A DNA stretch of 64,000 nucleotides, taken from an uncultured Actinomycetota bacterium. GTDB lineage: Bacteria > Actinomycetota > Actinomycetes > Propionibacteriales > Nocardioidaceae. Each line of letters starts with the position of its first letter. The stretch's first letter is position 1. The translations under genes were made by a program, and so were the position numbers. The stretch is from NCBI GenBank assembly GCA_963790155.1, contig CAWBNL010000004.1, forward strand, positions 1,164,013-1,228,012, in the 5' to 3' direction. Positions 62,134-64,000 of the stretch are shown piece after piece. The notes below the pieces were generated by a model that was given only the letters and a program-made list of their open reading frames with translations, did no database searches and was not told the origin of the DNA.

Positions 62134-62776
62134 CAGCCGGACCCGCTGCGGAGCCAAGCCGCACCACCCGGTCGCACACCTGTGCGACCAGGTCGGCGTC
62201 ATGGCTGACCAGCAGGATCGCGCGCCGCTCGGCCTTCTCCGCGAGCAGCGTGGCACCGAGCCACCGCACGCCGTCGACGTCCAGTCGTTGTTCGGGCTCG
62301 TCGAGGACGAGCAGGCGCCGCGGCCGGACGAACGCGCTGGCCAGGGCCAGGCGCCGACGTTGCCCCGAGGAGAGCGTCGAGGGCAGCTGGCCCGAGACCT
62401 CCATCAGCCCCACCTGCGCGAGCACGTGGTTGACGATCTCCTCGGCGTCGGGCTGCGCATGTGCCCGGGCCACCAGGTCGAGGTGCTCGACGACGGAGAG
62501 GTCGGGGAAGAAGTCGAGATCGTCCATCACCACGGCGACGTCGCGGCGGATCCCGGGCGCGCGTTCGTCGAGTGCTCGGCCGTCGAGCGTCACCGACCCG
62601 CCGTCGCTCTCGTCGGCGCCGACGATGCAGCGCAGCAGGGTGGACTTGCCGCTGCCGTTGGGACCGACCACGCCGACGGCCTCGCCCGCACGGACGTCGA
62701 GGTCGAGGCCGTCGAGGATGGTGCGGTCGCCGAAGCGGCGGTTCATTCCCCGGACCCTGAGCAGCGCTTCCCCCAT
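62120..62776 (-). CDS. ABC transporter ATP-binding protein
   Basis: GPNGSGKST, LSSGQRRR, LDEPE, H-loop SHD. Confidence 0.9.
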   Translation of the reverse strand: MGEALLRVRGMNRRFGDRTILDGLDLDVRAGEAVGVVGPNGSGKSTLLRCIVGADESDGGSVTLDGRALDERAPGIRRDVAVVMDDLDFFPDLSVVEHLDLVARAHAQPDAEEIVNHVLAQVGLMEVSGQLPSTLSSGQRRRLALASAFVRPRRLLVLDEPEQRLDVDGVRWLGATLLAEKAERRAILLVSHDADLVAQVCDRVVRLGSAAGPADVRD

Positions 62777-62812
62777 GCGCACCATTGAAGCAGCGGGGTC
62801 GACGGGCGGACC

Positions 62813-64000
62813 TCAGGCCTCGACGATGCGGATGACCCCGTCGCGGCGAGGGTCGGCGACCGCCTCGAGCCGTCCGTCGGACGACGTGAGTGCGGCACCG
62901 ACACCGCCGAAGTACATCGTCGGCTCGTCCTCCGTGCGGACCTCCTCCTCGGCGAGCCCGGCCCGGTGGACGTGGACCCGCGGGTGGGCGACCGCATCGA
63001 CCAGGTCGAGTCCGCCGCTGACGAAGCCGGCAAGTGCCGACACGATCGCGGTGGTGATCCGGTCCGCGCCCGGCGAGCCGATCGCCAGGGTGGAGCCGTC
63101 GTCGTGGCGTCCGACGGTCGGCGCCATGTTGGAGAGCAGCCGCGAGCCGGGCGGCACGCGACGACCGGGCGGGTTGAGCTCCTGCTCGCCGAGACAGTTG
63201 TTGAGCCAGATGCCGGAGCCGGCAGCGACCATCCCCGCGCCATAGCCCGACGAGACCGTGATCGAGCAGGCGGCGCCCTCGGCATCGGTGACCGACACGT
63301 GCGCGGTCGATCCCGACTCCAGCACGGCTCGGTGGTCGGCATCGACCAGGTCCAGCCAGGCTCGCGAGGCCGCGTCGAGGTCGGAGGCGGTCTCCAGCAC
63401 CTCGCGACGGTGCCCGAGCACCGCCCGCTGGACGCGCACCAGGTGCGCGACGTCGTCGGCGTCCCACCCCGCGACCGGACGGCCGTCGAGCAGCTTCATC
63501 ATCGCGGCGATGACCACGCCGCCGACCGAGGGAGGCGGAGTGGTGGCGAGGCTCCACGCACCGACGCGGGCGGTCAGCGGCGCGCGGACCACTGGCTCGT
63601 AGGCCGCGAGGTCGCCGGCGCCGAGCAGCCCCCCGCGAGCCTGCAGGTCCGCAGCGATGAGGAGGGCGAGGTCGCCCTGGTGCAGGGCGCGCGGCCCCTC
63701 GGCGGCGATCACCTCGAGCGTGCCCGCCAGGTCCGCGACCACCACCGGGGCGTCGCTCAGCCGTCCCTGCGCGTCGTGGAGGGCGCGGTGGCTCACGGGG
63801 TCCCACCCGAAGACCGACTCGTGGACGTGGTCGAGGTAGTAGCGCGACGCCGAGCCCAGCCGGAACCCGCCGCGCGCCACGTCGACCGCGGGAGCCACCA
63901 GCTCGCACCAGGGCAGCCGGCCGTCCCTGGCGTGGGCCTCGCCGAAGGCGGCCAGCGAGCCGTGGGTGGCGACCGAGCCGGGTCCGATGGTGATGCTGAC
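62813..64000 (-). CDS. Gamma-glutamyltransferase family protein (N-terminus outside window)
   Basis: STAHVSVTD (Thr nucleophile), LNN.LGE, SNMAPT, GSPGADRI, ADPRR. Confidence 0.88.
   Translation of the reverse strand, partial: VSITIGPGSVATHGSLAAFGEAHARDGRLPWCELVAPAVDVARGGFRLGSASRYYLDHVHESVFGWDPVSHRALHDAQGRLSDAPVVVADLAGTLEVIAAEGPRALHQGDLALLIAADLQARGGLLGAGDLAAYEPVVRAPLTARVGAWSLATTPPPSVGGVVIAAMMKLLDGRPVAGWDADDVAHLVRVQRAVLGHRREVLETASDLDAASRAWLDLVDADHRAVLESGSTAHVSVTDAEGAACSITVSSGYGAGMVAAGSGIWLNNCLGEQELNPPGRRVPPGSRLLSNMAPTVGRHDDGSTLAIGSPGADRITTAIVSALAGFVSGGLDLVDAVAHPRVHVHRAGLAEEEVRTEDEPTMYFGGVGAALTSSDGRLEAVADPRRDGVIRIVEA

Overview
High-GC actinobacterial chromosome segment; gene order and protein style suggest a Nocardioides-like organism (inference). 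The core backbone is TIGR03936-type protein, rne, rplU-rpmA-obgE-proB, iscS-mnmA, MetE-like protein, ligA, gatCAB, ilvD, ilvBNC (with a leader-peptide attenuator) and serA. Accessory blocks are a cell-surface glycosylation cluster (1-7463), a frameshifted DUF222/HNH gene with a structured upstream region, a TetR-MFS efflux pair, an RTX-like secreted protein, a kynureninase-GNAT-VOC-dCMP deaminase operon, yczR/yczE, an ABC exporter pair and several decayed genes. The most notable locus is 31005-39276: a cobalamin riboswitch heads an operon encoding a secreted alpha/alpha-barrel-type protein, a membrane-tethered small Cys-containing domain on a Ser/Pro stalk, and a complete ECF transporter. This looks like a split transcobalamin-like B12 capture system. 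A paralog of the barrel gene sits outside riboswitch control with its own structured leader. No rRNA, tRNA, CRISPR array, integrase or IS transposase was recognised. All family assignments are from motif recognition by eye, not database searches.
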